A DNA stretch of 64,000 nucleotides from an uncultured Chloroflexia bacterium (GCA_963765765.1 CAVXYC010000020.1:704001-768000), one strand, 5' to 3'; numbered from the stretch's first letter, positions 42,548-53,785 are shown. The notes: generated by a model from the letters alone, not told the origin. Translations and numbers: made by a program.

Positions 42548-44317
42548 CTAGCGGGGCGTCAGCGCCTTCTCGTCTCGCTCGCGGCGCAGCTTCTCGACGA
42601 TTTCGGTGAGCGGCATTGCGCCCAGGTCGCTGCCGCCGCGGACTCGGACAGCCGCTGCTCTTGCTTCCGCTTCACGGTCGCCAACCACGAGCATGTAGGG
42701 AACTTTCTTGAGCTGCGCGTCGCGGATCTTCGCCTGCATGCGCTCATTTCTCGAATCCACGTCGACTCGCAGTTTGGCCCTACGGAGCCCAGTTGCCACT
42801 TCGTTCGCATAGCTTACGTGTCGGTCGGCGATGGGGATCACGCGCACCTGCACGGGCGAGAGCCACAAAGGAAAGCTGCCCTCGTATTCCTCGATGAGAA
42901 GCGCCACCATGCGCTCCATTGTCGAGATCACACCGCGGTGGACGATGATCGGCTGGTGACGGGCTCCGTCGTCACCTACGTACTCCAGATTGAATTGGTT
43001 CGGTAGGTGGAAGTCGACCTGGACGGTCACTAACGTCTCATCCTTACCTGCCGCTGTGCGGAACTCAACGTCGATCTTAGGTCCGTAGAACGCCGCCTCG
43101 CCCTTCGCTTCATGGAATGGCAACCCCACTCGTGTCAGGACATTTCGAAGGAGGGATTCACCCTTCTCCCACATCGCTGGATTGTCTACGTACTTCTCTT
43201 TGTCGTCTGGATCGCCGAGTGATAGTCGGTACTTGTAGTTCTTGAGACCCAGAACGGAATAGGCCTCCTCCATGAGATGCAGGACGTTTTCCACCTCCTG
43301 CTCCACCTGCTCGGTATCGGCACAGAAGATGTGCGCGTCGTTCAGCGACATGATGCGCACGCGGCTCATTCCAGTGAGTTGGCCGGATTTCTCCCAGCGA
43401 TGCATGTCGCCAATCTCAGCAATCCGATAGGGCAGCTCACGGTAGGAGTGTTGGCCCGAAGCGAAGAGCATGATGTGGTGTGGACAGTTCATGGGGCGCA
43501 GAACGTACTCTTCGCCCTCACGCTCCATGACCGGGTACATGGCATCCTGGTAGTGATCCCAGTGGCCGGAGATCTTGTAGAGATCCGATTTCGCCACGAC
43601 GGGGGTATGCACGTGCTGATACCCGTGATCCAGCTCGAGATCAACGATCCAACGCTCGAGCTCTCGACGAATGGTGGCGCCGGCCGGGAGCCAGACGACG
43701 TGGCCCGGGCCAACCTCGTCGTAGATCGCGAAGAGGTCGAGCTCACGACCGATTCGACGGTGGTCTCGGCGTCGAGCCTCCTCTAGGAGGCGTTCATGTT
43801 CGGCCAGCTCCTCAGGCGTCTCGAATAGCGCTCCGTATACCCGTTGGAGTTGCGGATTTTTTTCACTTCCGCGCCAGTAAGCACCCGCGATCGACATCAG
43901 CTTGAAGGCGCCAAGCTGACCCGTGTGCTCCGCATGGCCTCCACGACACAGATCGGTGAAGCTAGCATGCGTACACTGGGTCACATTGCCCTCTTCGAGG
44001 TCCGCAAGTAGCTCGAGCTTGAAGGGTTGGTTCTTCCAACGTTCCTCAGCTTCCGCCTTTGTCAGTGATGACATGACAAAGGGGTATCGGCCCTCAACTG
44101 TCTTAAGCATCCGTGCTTCCAGCCAAACGAGGTCTTCCTGGGTCAGTGGGCGTGGAAGTCGAAAATCGTAGTAAAAGCCGTCCTCGATGGGCGGGCCGAT
44201 GCCAAGCTCCGCCTCGGGCATCAATTCGACCATGGCCTCGGCGAGAACGTGCGCGGCCGAATGGCGCATCCGGTTTAGGCGTTCTTCTTTGGGAAGTATG
44301 GAAAGCTCGTCAGACAA
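42548..44317 (-). CDS. thrS: Threonine-tRNA ligase (short form, no TGS domain), TTG start
   Basis: RHSAAH, DLCRGGH, GAYWRG, RDHRRIG, LRPMNCPHH, AFYGPKID. GGAGGA lies 7 nt before TTG 44317; the ORF-track extension to 44395 lies inside the T-box. Confidence 0.96.
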   Translation of the reverse strand: MSDELSILPKEERLNRMRHSAAHVLAEAMVELMPEAELGIGPPIEDGFYYDFRLPRPLTQEDLVWLEARMLKTVEGRYPFVMSSLTKAEAEERWKNQPFKLELLADLEEGNVTQCTHASFTDLCRGGHAEHTGQLGAFKLMSIAGAYWRGSEKNPQLQRVYGALFETPEELAEHERLLEEARRRDHRRIGRELDLFAIYDEVGPGHVVWLPAGATIRRELERWIVDLELDHGYQHVHTPVVAKSDLYKISGHWDHYQDAMYPVMEREGEEYVLRPMNCPHHIMLFASGQHSYRELPYRIAEIGDMHRWEKSGQLTGMSRVRIMSLNDAHIFCADTEQVEQEVENVLHLMEEAYSVLGLKNYKYRLSLGDPDDKEKYVDNPAMWEKGESLLRNVLTRVGLPFHEAKGEAAFYGPKIDVEFRTAAGKDETLVTVQVDFHLPNQFNLEYVGDDGARHQPIIVHRGVISTMERMVALLIEEYEGSFPLWLSPVQVRVIPIADRHVSYANEVATGLRRAKLRVDVDSRNERMQAKIRDAQLKKVPYMLVVGDREAEARAAAVRVRGGSDLGAMPLTEIVEKLRRERDEKALTPR

Positions 44318-44319
44318 GG

Positions 44320-44560
44320 GGCAGTCCTCCACGGAAATTTGCGAGAACGCAGGGACAGCCTCGCGGGCCGTGGTCCCACCCTGCTTCTCCGCCACCGGGA
44401 CGGACTCGTTCTGGCCGTTAACGAGGCCAACCGTGCACGCCTAGCGCCGAAGCGATTGGGTGCAGGCTCGCGGGTGGTATTCCCCTGTGGTTCGCGCCGC
44501 TCTCAGCCTGTGGCGAACGCTCTCTGGCAGGTGGACAGGGTACTCGTCCCGGTCGTCGCC
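44320..44560 (-). promoter_or_regulatory. T-box riboswitch, Thr specifier (ACC)
   Basis: Minus strand: GGGACG-AGTA, AGAGAG bulge, GGCTGAGA loop, specifier loop GAAT-ACC-A (44476-44478), CGTTA stem IIA/B region, T-box AAGCAGGGTGGGACCACGG (44368-44386). Confidence 0.9.
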
Positions 44561-44741
44561 GTATGTTCAATTCCTACCTCTATACTACGGTGGGATTGAT
44601 CGAGATGACACCCCAACGGGTGTAGTGAGCGTTTCGGTGGACCGGATGCCCCGGCGCATGGTATTCTTCCGCTACGCACTCGTGGGCGGCCTTGTCGGCT
44701 GTCCTTCTTTGTCCTCTCCTACTCTAGCTGGATTGTGATTC

Positions 44742-44939
44742 ATGCCTAAGCTGAAGACGCACCAGGCGACGGCCAGGCGATTTAGCGTGTCGGGCTCTGG
44801 GAAGCTCCTGCGCACTCGCCACGGCAAAAGCCACCTGCGACGCAACCGATCAAAGCGCGCGCGACGCGAATACGATGAGATGATGTCGGTGTCGCCGGCA
44901 GACGAGAAGCGCATTCGGCGACTTCTTCCTTACGCCTAG
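44742..44939 (+). CDS. rpmI: 50S ribosomal protein L35
   Basis: MPKLKTH...RF..SGSGK...HL. Confidence 0.97.
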   Translation: MPKLKTHQATARRFSVSGSGKLLRTRHGKSHLRRNRSKRARREYDEMMSVSPADEKRIRRLLPYA

Positions 44940-44951
44940 GAGCGCTGCACA

Positions 44952-45317
44952 ATGACTCGAGTCAAGCGCGGCGTTACGGCGCACGCACGACACAAGAAGA
45001 CGCTGACTCAGGCCAAGGGCTACTTCCACGGTCGGCGAAAGCTCCACAAGACGGCCAACGAGACCGTCATGAAGGCGCTTTCGTATGCGTATCGCCATCG
45101 CCGCACCCGAAAACGCGACTTCCATCGGCTATGGATCATGCGCATCAACGCGGCGGCGCGGCTGGAAGGCATCTCCTATAGCCAGTTGATGTTTGCCCTG
45201 AAGACGGCCGGGATCGAGATGGACCGGAAAGTGCTTGCGGACCTCGCCGTCCAGGACGCAGATGGCTTTAAGGCCATAGTGAATCAAGCTCGGGCGGCAC
45301 TGCCAGCAAGCGCGTAG
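44952..45317 (+). CDS. rplT: 50S ribosomal protein L20
   Basis: [29 protein letters not shown]. Confidence 0.98.
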   Translation: MTRVKRGVTAHARHKKTLTQAKGYFHGRRKLHKTANETVMKALSYAYRHRRTRKRDFHRLWIMRINAAARLEGISYSQLMFALKTAGIEMDRKVLADLAVQDADGFKAIVNQARAALPASA

Positions 45318-45338
45318 ACTCGATTGTGCTGATCGCAA

Positions 45339-45368
45339 TGCCGCCCACAGTGTGGGCGGCGTTTTTTG
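45339..45368 (+). terminator. Intrinsic terminator after rplT
   Basis: gccgcccac-agt-gtgggcggc followed by gtttttt. Confidence 0.8.
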
Positions 45369-45397
45369 TCTCTGGAGTATTTGAGTAACTCAAAACA

Positions 45398-46438
45398 ATG
45401 ACGAACGATCTCATCACTCGCCTGGAATCGATCCTCAGCGAAGCCACAACCGAGCTCGAGAAGGTTCAGGATCTGGAGAGTCTCGAACGCTGGCGCCTGA
45501 CTTACCTGGGTCGGAACGCTCCAGTTGCTGATGTGCTCAAGGGTCTGGGCTCCCTACCATCGGACGAGCGACGGCCAACCGGACAGCGAGCGAATGAGGT
45601 CAAACAGACGCTGGAGTCCGCACTCGAGGCACGGCGTGAATCACTTAAATCGTCCGAGTGGGAACGCGCGCTAGAGCGAGACCGAGTCGACGTCACCTTG
45701 CCAGGGAGACCCGCCGGTTTAGGCGGTTTGCATCCAACGACACTCATTCTCCAGCAAATCTCCGAGATCTTCACCGGCATGGGGTATCAAATTGTCGAAG
45801 GTCCGGAGGTGGAGCGTGATTACTACAACTTCGAGGCGCTAAATATTCCGCCCGACCATCCCGCGCGGGATATGTGGGACACGTTCTATATCTCCCCGCC
45901 GGAAGTGCTTCTTCGGACGCACACCTCACCGATGCAAGTACGGACGATGGAGCAGGCTAGTGGACAGCCCGTGCGCGTCATCGTTCCGGGTCGCTGTTAC
46001 CGGTACGAAGCCCAGGACGCCTCGCACGAGTGGATGTTCTACCAGGTGGAAGGTCTGGCCGTTGCAGAAGGCTTGACAATGGCCGACCTTAAAGGCACGC
46101 TGGGGGCCTTTGTGCGACAGCTCTTCGGCCGCGACCTTCAGATTCGCTTTCGATGCGATTACTTCCCCTTTGTTGAGCCGGGCGTGGATATGTCGATCTC
46201 CTGCCACGTATGTGGCGGGAGCGGCTGCCGGGTCTGTAAGGGCGGCGGTTGGATCGAGATCATGGGCGCCGGCATGGTCCATCCGCGCGTGCTGGAAATG
46301 GCTGGCTACGATCCGGACCGATACAGTGGGTTCGCATTCGGCATGGGGCCAGAGCGCATCGCGATGATCAAATACGGAATTCCCGACATTCGTTTGTTCT
46401 ACGGCAATGACCTGCGATTCCTGCAACAGTTCAATTAG
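45398..46438 (+). CDS. pheS: Phenylalanine-tRNA ligase alpha subunit
   Basis: HPARDMWDTF, LRTHTSP, FYQVEG, FPFVEP, GFAFGMGPER. Confidence 0.98.
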   Translation: MTNDLITRLESILSEATTELEKVQDLESLERWRLTYLGRNAPVADVLKGLGSLPSDERRPTGQRANEVKQTLESALEARRESLKSSEWERALERDRVDVTLPGRPAGLGGLHPTTLILQQISEIFTGMGYQIVEGPEVERDYYNFEALNIPPDHPARDMWDTFYISPPEVLLRTHTSPMQVRTMEQASGQPVRVIVPGRCYRYEAQDASHEWMFYQVEGLAVAEGLTMADLKGTLGAFVRQLFGRDLQIRFRCDYFPFVEPGVDMSISCHVCGGSGCRVCKGGGWIEIMGAGMVHPRVLEMAGYDPDRYSGFAFGMGPERIAMIKYGIPDIRLFYGNDLRFLQQFN

Positions 46439-46512
46439 ATGGACGGTAACGCAGTGATCACTTCGTCGCGGTCGTCGCACATCCCGAGTTTCGATGTCAT
46501 GCCCGTTGTCGG

Positions 46513-46602
46513 TGTCATCCTGAGCCCGCGGGCGAAGGATCTTCCCGCCGGCAACGTGGACACCGGCGGGAAAGATCCTTCGCCCGCGGGCTCAGGATGA
46601 CA
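46513..46602. repeat. REP-like palindromic element (TGTCATCCTGAGC family), copy 2
   Basis: ~39-bp inverted repeat tgtcatcctgagcccgcgggcgaaggatcttcccgccgg / ccggcgggaaagatccttcgcccgcgggctcaggatgaca between pheS and pheT. Confidence 0.88.
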
Positions 46603-46676
46603 TGGCTTCCGCTGCTTGGGCTCAGAGACCAGCATCGGTCTAACCGAGAGCAATTTGGCTCCGCAGAGAGTTATCA

Positions 46677-49089
46677 ATGAAATTTCCGCTTTCCTGGCTT
46701 CGCGAATTCGTAGCTGCGGACCTCCCGGCGGCGGAGCTTGCTCACCGGTTGACGATGGCCGGCATCGAGACCGAGGTCGCCGAACGAGTCGGTGAAGACT
46801 GGAGCCGCGTCTTCGTGGGTCAGGTCGTAGATCTGAGCAAGCACGAGCGTGCCAACAATCTCTCGCTGGCCCACGTGCAAGGGCCGGACGGCGTGGTGAC
46901 GATTGTGACCGCGGCGACAAACCTGGCCGTCGGCGCAAAAGTTCCGCTCATCCTCGCCGGTGGCGCACTGGGTGAGAACACGATCGAGCGCCGTACGTTC
47001 ATGGGCATCACGTCGGACGGCATGGTCTGCTCTGGCGACGAGCTCGGCATCTCGCCTGATAAGTCAGGTATTTACATCCTCGAGGACGACGCTCCCGTTG
47101 GCCAGGAGCTTGCTAAGTACATCGACGACGTAGTTCTCGAGGCGTTTGTAACCCCCAACCGCCCTGATTGCCTTTCGGTATACGGCGTCGCTCGCGAGGT
47201 CAGCGCCATTACCGGTGCGCCCCTGCTGCCGATCCAGTTCGACCGGCCTGCGATCCAACACGAGGAGTCGGCGTACCCGCTTGATGTTCAGGCACCTGAT
47301 CTGGCGCCGCGGTACACGCTGGCCATGGTTTCAGGATTGAGCGTCGAAAACCTCGCCGGCATGGCTGCAACGTCGACTGCATTTCAGTGGCGTCCGACCG
47401 ATTAGCAACGTCGTGGATATCACGAACTATGTCATGTTGGAGGTGGGTCAACCGATTCACGCATTCGACCGAGACAAACTCATTGGGGGCGTCGTCGTTC
47501 GACGCGGCGAATCCCGGCGAGCATATGGCGACGCTCGATGGCATCGATCGCGAGCTGACAACGGAGATGCTCGTCATTGCCGATCATGAGAAGGCGGTGG
47601 GCATTGCAGGAGTGATGGGTGGGTTGACGTCCGAAGTCTCCGATGAAACAACGCGCCTCGCGCTCGAGTCAGCCACGTTCGATCAACGCAATATCCGCCG
47701 AACGGCTCGTGATCTGCGCCCTCAGCACGGAAGCCTCCCGCCGATTCGAGCGAGGTATGGATCCTGCTCTGGCACCACTTGCGTCCGATCGAGCAGTCCA
47801 GCTCCTTGGCGAGCTCGCCAGCGGCTATCCCGTCAATGCCATTCAGGACGTCTATGCCACACCAGAGCAGCCGGTGGTGATTCATACATCGATTCACCAC
47901 ATCAGTAGCGTGATGGGGCGTGATTACTCGAGTCATGAGACCGTTGGAACCCTGGAATCACTCGGATTCAGTGTGACGGATGGCGATGGATCGCTCACCG
48001 TGACCGTACCTTCGCATCGGCGCGATATCACCGGGCAACACGATGTCGTGGAGGAAGTCGCGCGGATCACCGGCTATGACTCCATTCCCGAGACGCTCCC
48101 TACCGGAAGCATGCCAGCACTGCGCCGCGATACTGAACGCCGCGTACAGCAGCTACTGAAATCGGTCCTGGTGGGCGCGGGATTACAGGAGATCATCTCC
48201 TACTCACTGGTGGATCCAACCTCCGAGCGGCAGGCGGATGCCGCTGCCTCGTGGCCGGCGGACCTTTCTACGTCATCGCTGATTCGTGTTTGGAACCCCA
48301 TGACCGCGGACCGAAGTGCGCTCCGTCAATCTTTGATTCCGAGCATGCTCCAGACGATCTGGGAAAACTTACGTCACCAGGATCGGGTCGCACTCTTCGA
48401 GATCGCGAAAGTCTACCTGCCCAGTGATGACATACTTCCCAAAGAGCCGATCCGACTTAGCCTGGCTCTGAGCGGAAAGCGTTATCCGCCATCCTGGACA
48501 CTTCAAGATTGCGACGTCGATTTCTTCGATCTCAAGGGCTGCATTGAGGCCATCGGACGTGCGCTGCATGTGACCTTTGATTACCAGAGCCTGCGCCCAC
48601 AATAGCTATCACCCCGGCCGATGTGCTCAAGTGGTGTATCGTGCCGCCGACGGAACCGAGCGCGTAGTCGGGACAATGGGTCAGATCCATCCTATGGTGG
48701 CCGAACGGTTCGACCTGGCTCATGAGGTCTACGCGGCCGAGCTAGATATCCAAGCCCTGTGCGAGGCCGCTCAGGACATTCCTCGCATTGTGGCTCCGCC
48801 ACGTTTTCCCGGCGTGGAGCTTGACCTGGCAATCGTCGTGGACGACCAGGTACCTGAGCATGACATCGAGCAGGTCATGCTCAGTGCCGGAGGCGATCTT
48901 CTCGCGAGCATCCGACTCTTCGACATTTACCGAGGAGCTCCGGTGCCTGAAGGATCGAAGAGCCTGGCATTTTCGCTCACCATCCGCGCAGATGACCGAA
49001 CCCTCACTGACGATGAGGCGACGTCCGTTCGGGCCGAGATCGAATCGCGCCTTGGCGTCGCCTTCAACGCGCAAATCCGCGGTCGATGA
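46677..49089 (+). CDS. pheT: Phenylalanine-tRNA ligase beta subunit, ~4 frameshifts (~47350, ~47508, ~47720, ~48597)
   Basis: [79 protein letters not shown] across successive frames. Confidence 0.95.
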
Positions 49090-51471
49090 CACTTCCAGTT
49101 GGCCTTGACCAGCAAGAGCGACCCTATGACACTCGGACGCTCGAGCTACCCAAAGTGCTGGAGATGCTTGCTAGCCACACTAGCTTTGCCTCGGGACGAG
49201 AGCTGGCCCTTAGCCTGGAGCCGTCTGACGAGGCCGACGAGGTTCGCCGGCGACTGAAGGAGACCAGCGAAGCGCGCGAGCTGCTCACCCTCCAGCCGAG
49301 CCTTACGATGGGCGGCGCTCGAGACGTGCGCGCTCACATCGACCGCGCACAGCTCGGTGGCTTACTTCAGCCGCATGAGCTGCTGGACATCCACGCCACG
49401 GTGCGGGTCGGTCGTCAGTGGCGCTCTGCATTTTCGCGACTGAGAGAGAAACTGCCGACTCTGGCGAGACACACAGATCGCATTCGCGGCAACGACTCGC
49501 TTACCGTAGCAATCGAATCCGCAATAGATGATTCTGGCGAGATTGCCGACCGCGCCAGCACGAAGCTCCGCGAGCTGCGCACTCAGAAGCGCGTGGCACA
49601 AGACCGATTGATGACACGCCTCCAGGCAATGATCGCGAACGCCGACATTCGCGAAGCGCTGCAAGACGGGATCGTGACTCAACGCAACGGTCGCTACGTT
49701 CTACCGGTGCGCTCTGACATGCGCACCCGCGTGCGAGGCATCGTGCACGATCAATCGTCGACGGGAGCCACGGTCTTCATCGAGCCACTTGACCTTGTGG
49801 ACATTGGCAACCGTGTTCGCGAGCTTGATCTGGAAGAGCGAGACGAGGTGGAGCGCATCCTGCGCGAGCTCAGTGTGGCCGTAGCCGCCGCCCGGCCCGA
49901 TCTCCTTGTCACGCTGGAGATGCTTGCCAACCTGGATCTCGGCCCGGGCGAAAGCTCTTCTAGCGGAAGGCATGCTGGCTCGTGGAGCCCGGCATCAATG
50001 ACACCGGTCGCACCGGCCAGCGTTGGTGCTGCGGGACGCTCGACACCCTCTGCTCGGTGAGCGAGCGGTGCCCAGCACCATCGAGCTCGGCCGTGATTTT
50101 GACGTGCTGCTCATCACCGGACCCAATACTGGTGGGAAAACCGTGGCGCTCAAGACGGTCGGGCTGCTCACGCTGATGGGCCAGTGCGGCATGCATCTGC
50201 CGACGGACGAGGGTTCGTTTATCCCGGTGTTCAGGCGGGTCTTCGCTGACATTGGAGATGAGCAGAGCATCGAACAGAGTCTCTCAACGTTTTCGGGCCA
50301 TGTGGCCAACATTGTGAGGATGGTCCGCAATCTCTCCGCGCCATCACTCATTCTCGTCGATGAGCTCGGCGCGGGCACGGACCCGCTCGAGGGGGCCGCG
50401 CTCGCGCGTGCGATCATCGATCGGCTTCAGTCGGCCCGGCATTCTGACCATTGCTACGAGTCATTACTCCGAGCTGAAGACCTTCGCTAATGAAACCCCG
50501 CGCGTGAGCAACGCCTCCGTTGAATTTGACGTAGAGACGCTTCGACCAACCTACCGGCTGCAGATCGGCCTGCCCGGTCAGAGCAACGCCCTCGCCATCG
50601 CCCGACGCCTCGGTATGCCTGCCGATATTCTTCAGGCTGCCGAGCAGAACGTCGGACGGAAGCACTCCGCATGGAAGAGCTCCTGGATGAGATACAGGAT
50701 GAGCGCCGATCCGCCGAATCTGAGCGCGCCGATGCCCAACGAGAACGAGACGCCGCCATCGCCGCCCTCCGTGAAGCACAGACGGCCCTCGCCGACGCGG
50801 AGCGGGAGCGCACGGATGTGTTCGAGAGAGCGGCCGCCGAGGCGCAACGTGAGCTGGAAGCGGCTCGGCGCGAGATCAACCGACTGCTGACCAGTGCTCG
50901 ACGAACCGGATCCCAGGCCGAGGAGATCGTGGAAGCCGCCGAGGAGCTCACCCGAGTTCCTACGCCTCAGGTGCCCCGTTCGACCCGTCCGACTCCACGC
51001 CCACCGGTCGAAGGACCTGCCTTGCGCGTTGGCGGCTCGGTGCGCGTGCGCACGCTCGGCGCAGTCGGAACCGTGCTCGGGCTGGACAATAACGGAAACG
51101 CCGAGGTTGAAGTGAGTGGCATGCGAGTGCGTACTCGCACGGCTGACCTCCAGCCGCTCTCTCGATCGGAGCGCAGTAACGAATCTGCTTCGGTCACCAT
51201 CCGCTCCGTGTCGACGCCAACAGCGGGCACCGAGCTTCATCTTCGTGGACTACGGGTGGACGAGGCACTCGAACAGCTCGATCGCTATCTGCATGACGCC
51301 GCTATGTCGGGAGTTCCACGAGCCCGGATCGTGCATGGAAAAGGAACTGGCGCTGTTCGCCGTGCCGTTTGGGATGCCCTCGCTAAACACCCACTGGTCA
51401 ACTCTTTTGAGCTTGCTACTGCTGAAGAGGGCGGTGCTGGTGTGACAGTAGTGGGGTTGGGACGAATCTAG
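49086..51471 (+). CDS. mutS2: Endonuclease MutS2, several frameshifts
   Basis: [48 protein letters not shown]-terminal Smr domain (LHLRG...IVHGKGTG). Confidence 0.94.
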
Positions 51472-51542
51472 GCGGATTCGTTCACCGGTCGGTGCAATGC
51501 GGGCTGGACTGTGGGTAGCGAACGAAGCGCTGTTGCGTTGAT

Positions 51543-52433
51543 TCAGCTCGCCGGCGGAGCCTCTGGAGTCGAGGGAGCCCCGTTGAATAGGCCTGCTTCC
51601 AGTGCAATCTCGCCCGAGTTTGCCACGGTCACATCGTTCGCCTTGCCCCACGGGCCGTCAGTTTTCCACAGATGCAATGCTGTCCGCTGCGTTCGAATCG
51701 TTGTGACATGCTGATTCACGCTGACTGGAGCCGAGGTCGGCAATCCGAAGAGGGCCAGCGACTCGGGAGTCGACTTGAACTTGATCTCGAGCGGTTGACT
51801 CGTCCCCAGCAGTCCAAGTCGAGCGGATACAGGGTCTCCAGGCGCACCGAAATTCGCTGGTAATGGCTTGGGTATAAAAAAATTGCTCAGAAGCCACTCG
51901 TCACGCTCGGCGGCAGTGAGCTCGTCCATCACGTTGATCATGGTGATCGTTTCTGCGCCAGTCTGCTGGATGATGCCACGCTGGAATATCTGGGCTGGCG
52001 CGCCGCGCCACGTGAAACGCTGCGAGATCGGGTATCCGAGCTGCGTCTCACCACCGAGTCGGCGAAACTCCCGCAAGAACGGTACGCCGCCAGCATTGGA
52101 GACAAGAAATCCGGTGGGGCTCGTGAGGGATGGCTGACCGTTGGTCTCGGTGAAGAAGTGTCCGTCCTTCACGTCCCAGTTCGCCGCGGGCAGTCTAATC
52201 GGCGCGGCAATCGAGGGTGCAGCCACCTCAGTTCGAGTATTGGCGACCGCTGACGGCGCGCCTATCTGCTGCAGTACGGTGTCAAAGACTGGGCTGAAGA
52301 ACTGGAGAACGCTGGCCGGGCCGAACGCTATGGTCGCGATAACGAAAGGAACGAGCAGGATGATAACGAACATGAAGCCGGTCCCCGATTCGCCCCGGCT
52401 TCGAATGGAATACCCTGTGATATCCCGTTGCAT
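51543..52433 (-). CDS. Membrane-anchored extracellular protein with Chloroflexi-type repeat domain
   Basis: N-terminal TM; GHFFTET...FLREFRRLGG...LGYPISQRF...QIFQRG and a second degenerate unit (LFGLPTS...RTQR). Confidence 0.7.
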   Translation of the reverse strand: MQRDITGYSIRSRGESGTGFMFVIILLVPFVIATIAFGPASVLQFFSPVFDTVLQQIGAPSAVANTRTEVAAPSIAAPIRLPAANWDVKDGHFFTETNGQPSLTSPTGFLVSNAGGVPFLREFRRLGGETQLGYPISQRFTWRGAPAQIFQRGIIQQTGAETITMINVMDELTAAERDEWLLSNFFIPKPLPANFGAPGDPVSARLGLLGTSQPLEIKFKSTPESLALFGLPTSAPVSVNQHVTTIRTQRTALHLWKTDGPWGKANDVTVANSGEIALEAGLFNGAPSTPEAPPAS

Positions 52434-52613
52434 GAACTTCCACCCCGCGCGCCACGCAGTCTAACCCAAGAACAATACTCCGGTGGCGTCGATAGAGCAT
52501 GAATCGTGCCGATCCAGAAGAACATCGTTCGACGAGAAAGTCATTAGACTGGAAGCTATTGCCCCGCCGACGTTGCAATACTATGTCCAACGGAATGGAC
52601 TTGCCACGGGGCC

Positions 52614-52964
52614 TTAGTCTTTAGCGGGTGGTTCAGACGAAAGGTATCCACTGAACGTCCAAACGTCGCCACTGTGAAAGTACAGGCGCACCTGAGAGCG
52701 GCGCTCCTGTTTTGGCAGCCTGTCCCATGAGAGACGTTGGACCTCCTGGAGATTCACATCAAGCCAGATAGTCTCCATGTCCGTCACGGCTTCGGATCGA
52801 AACCGGAACATCGTGGCGCTGCGCTCATCCAACGTCCATTTGTCCGCGGAAAGGACTAATGAGCCGTCTGCGCCTCGGCGAATGAGATTCAGACGCGGGG
52901 TCCGCAGGAGCTCCGCGGCCGCGTCTGGCGTCAGCTCCGTCACGTCGTTCATCCGTATTTTCAT
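52614..52964 (-). CDS. Hypothetical protein
   Basis: Open frame with beta-rich-looking composition; start uncertain (52952, 52964 or 53033). Confidence 0.55.
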   Translation of the reverse strand: MKIRMNDVTELTPDAAAELLRTPRLNLIRRGADGSLVLSADKWTLDERSATMFRFRSEAVTDMETIWLDVNLQEVQRLSWDRLPKQERRSQVRLYFHSGDVWTFSGYLSSEPPAKD

Positions 52965-53065
52965 ACTAGCACGGCTCCGCCTTTCGCCCCCGGTTAACCC
53001 CAAAAGTCCTGTGCTACACTCGGGAAGGATCATGCTTATTCAAGCCGAGCGCCCACGGCGAGATC

Positions 53066-53785
53066 ATGGTTGCTGACGCGGAGTGGTCTTCGAGTCGCCC
53101 CCGAGTGACCGTAAAGTTTGCGCAGACGCTAGACGGTCGCATCGCGACTTCATCCGGTGACGGCGCTCGACGGATCAGTGGACCGGATTCCCTTCAGCTC
53201 GCTCACCAGCTTCGCGCCGATCATCAAGGCATACTGGTCGGCGTGGGCACGGTCATCGCCGACGACCCGCTCCTGACCGTTCGCCTGGTACCCGGCAAAA
53301 ATCCGATCCGTATTGTTGTTGACTCAAAGGCACGTGTGCCCACAAGCGCAGCACTGCTGAACGACGACTCACCCGAGAACACGCTGCTGGCGCACACCGC
53401 TGACGCCTCTGACGAGCGCCTTAAGGCACTTCGGCGACTTGGCGTGCAAACGATGTGTACTGCCGCAAACGCCGATGGGCGGGTTGATTTGGCGGCGCTG
53501 CTGTGCTCCCTTCGTCAACGAGGCTTGGAATCACTCATGGTTGAAGGCGGAGCACAAATCACCACACAGCTACTTCGGCTCCAGCTCGTGGATCGGCTTA
53601 TTGTCTGCGTGGCGCCGAAGCTGGTTGGAGAAGGACTTAATTCAGTTGGGGACCTCAACATCGCCAAGCTAGACGATGCGCTGACGTTCTCTGAGCTCGC
53701 GGTGAAGCAAATCGGCGCGGACGTGATATTCGACGGGCGGCTTGCCCGAAAAATGAACGCCGCTAGCCTGCCCGTTACGGGGTGA
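53066..53785 (+). CDS. Stand-alone RibD C-terminal reductase domain protein
   Basis: KFAQTLDGRIAT, ILVGVGTVIADDPLLTVR, LMVEGG, VAPKLVG; no deaminase domain. Confidence 0.9.
   Translation: MVADAEWSSSRPRVTVKFAQTLDGRIATSSGDGARRISGPDSLQLAHQLRADHQGILVGVGTVIADDPLLTVRLVPGKNPIRIVVDSKARVPTSAALLNDDSPENTLLAHTADASDERLKALRRLGVQTMCTAANADGRVDLAALLCSLRQRGLESLMVEGGAQITTQLLRLQLVDRLIVCVAPKLVGEGLNSVGDLNIAKLDDALTFSELAVKQIGADVIFDGRLARKMNAASLPVTG

Noticed and set aside
44318-44395. N-terminal extension MAEKQGGTT... on ThrS
   Set aside because: It overlaps the T-box antiterminator; a better SD supports TTG 44317.
46198-46245. CxxC-CxxC insert in PheS
   Set aside because: Common variant in many bacterial PheS proteins.
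46677-51471. pheT and mutS2 as pseudogenes or programmed frameshifts
   Set aside because: PheT is essential, there are several shifts per gene, and I saw no canonical slippery heptamers; sequencing error is simpler.
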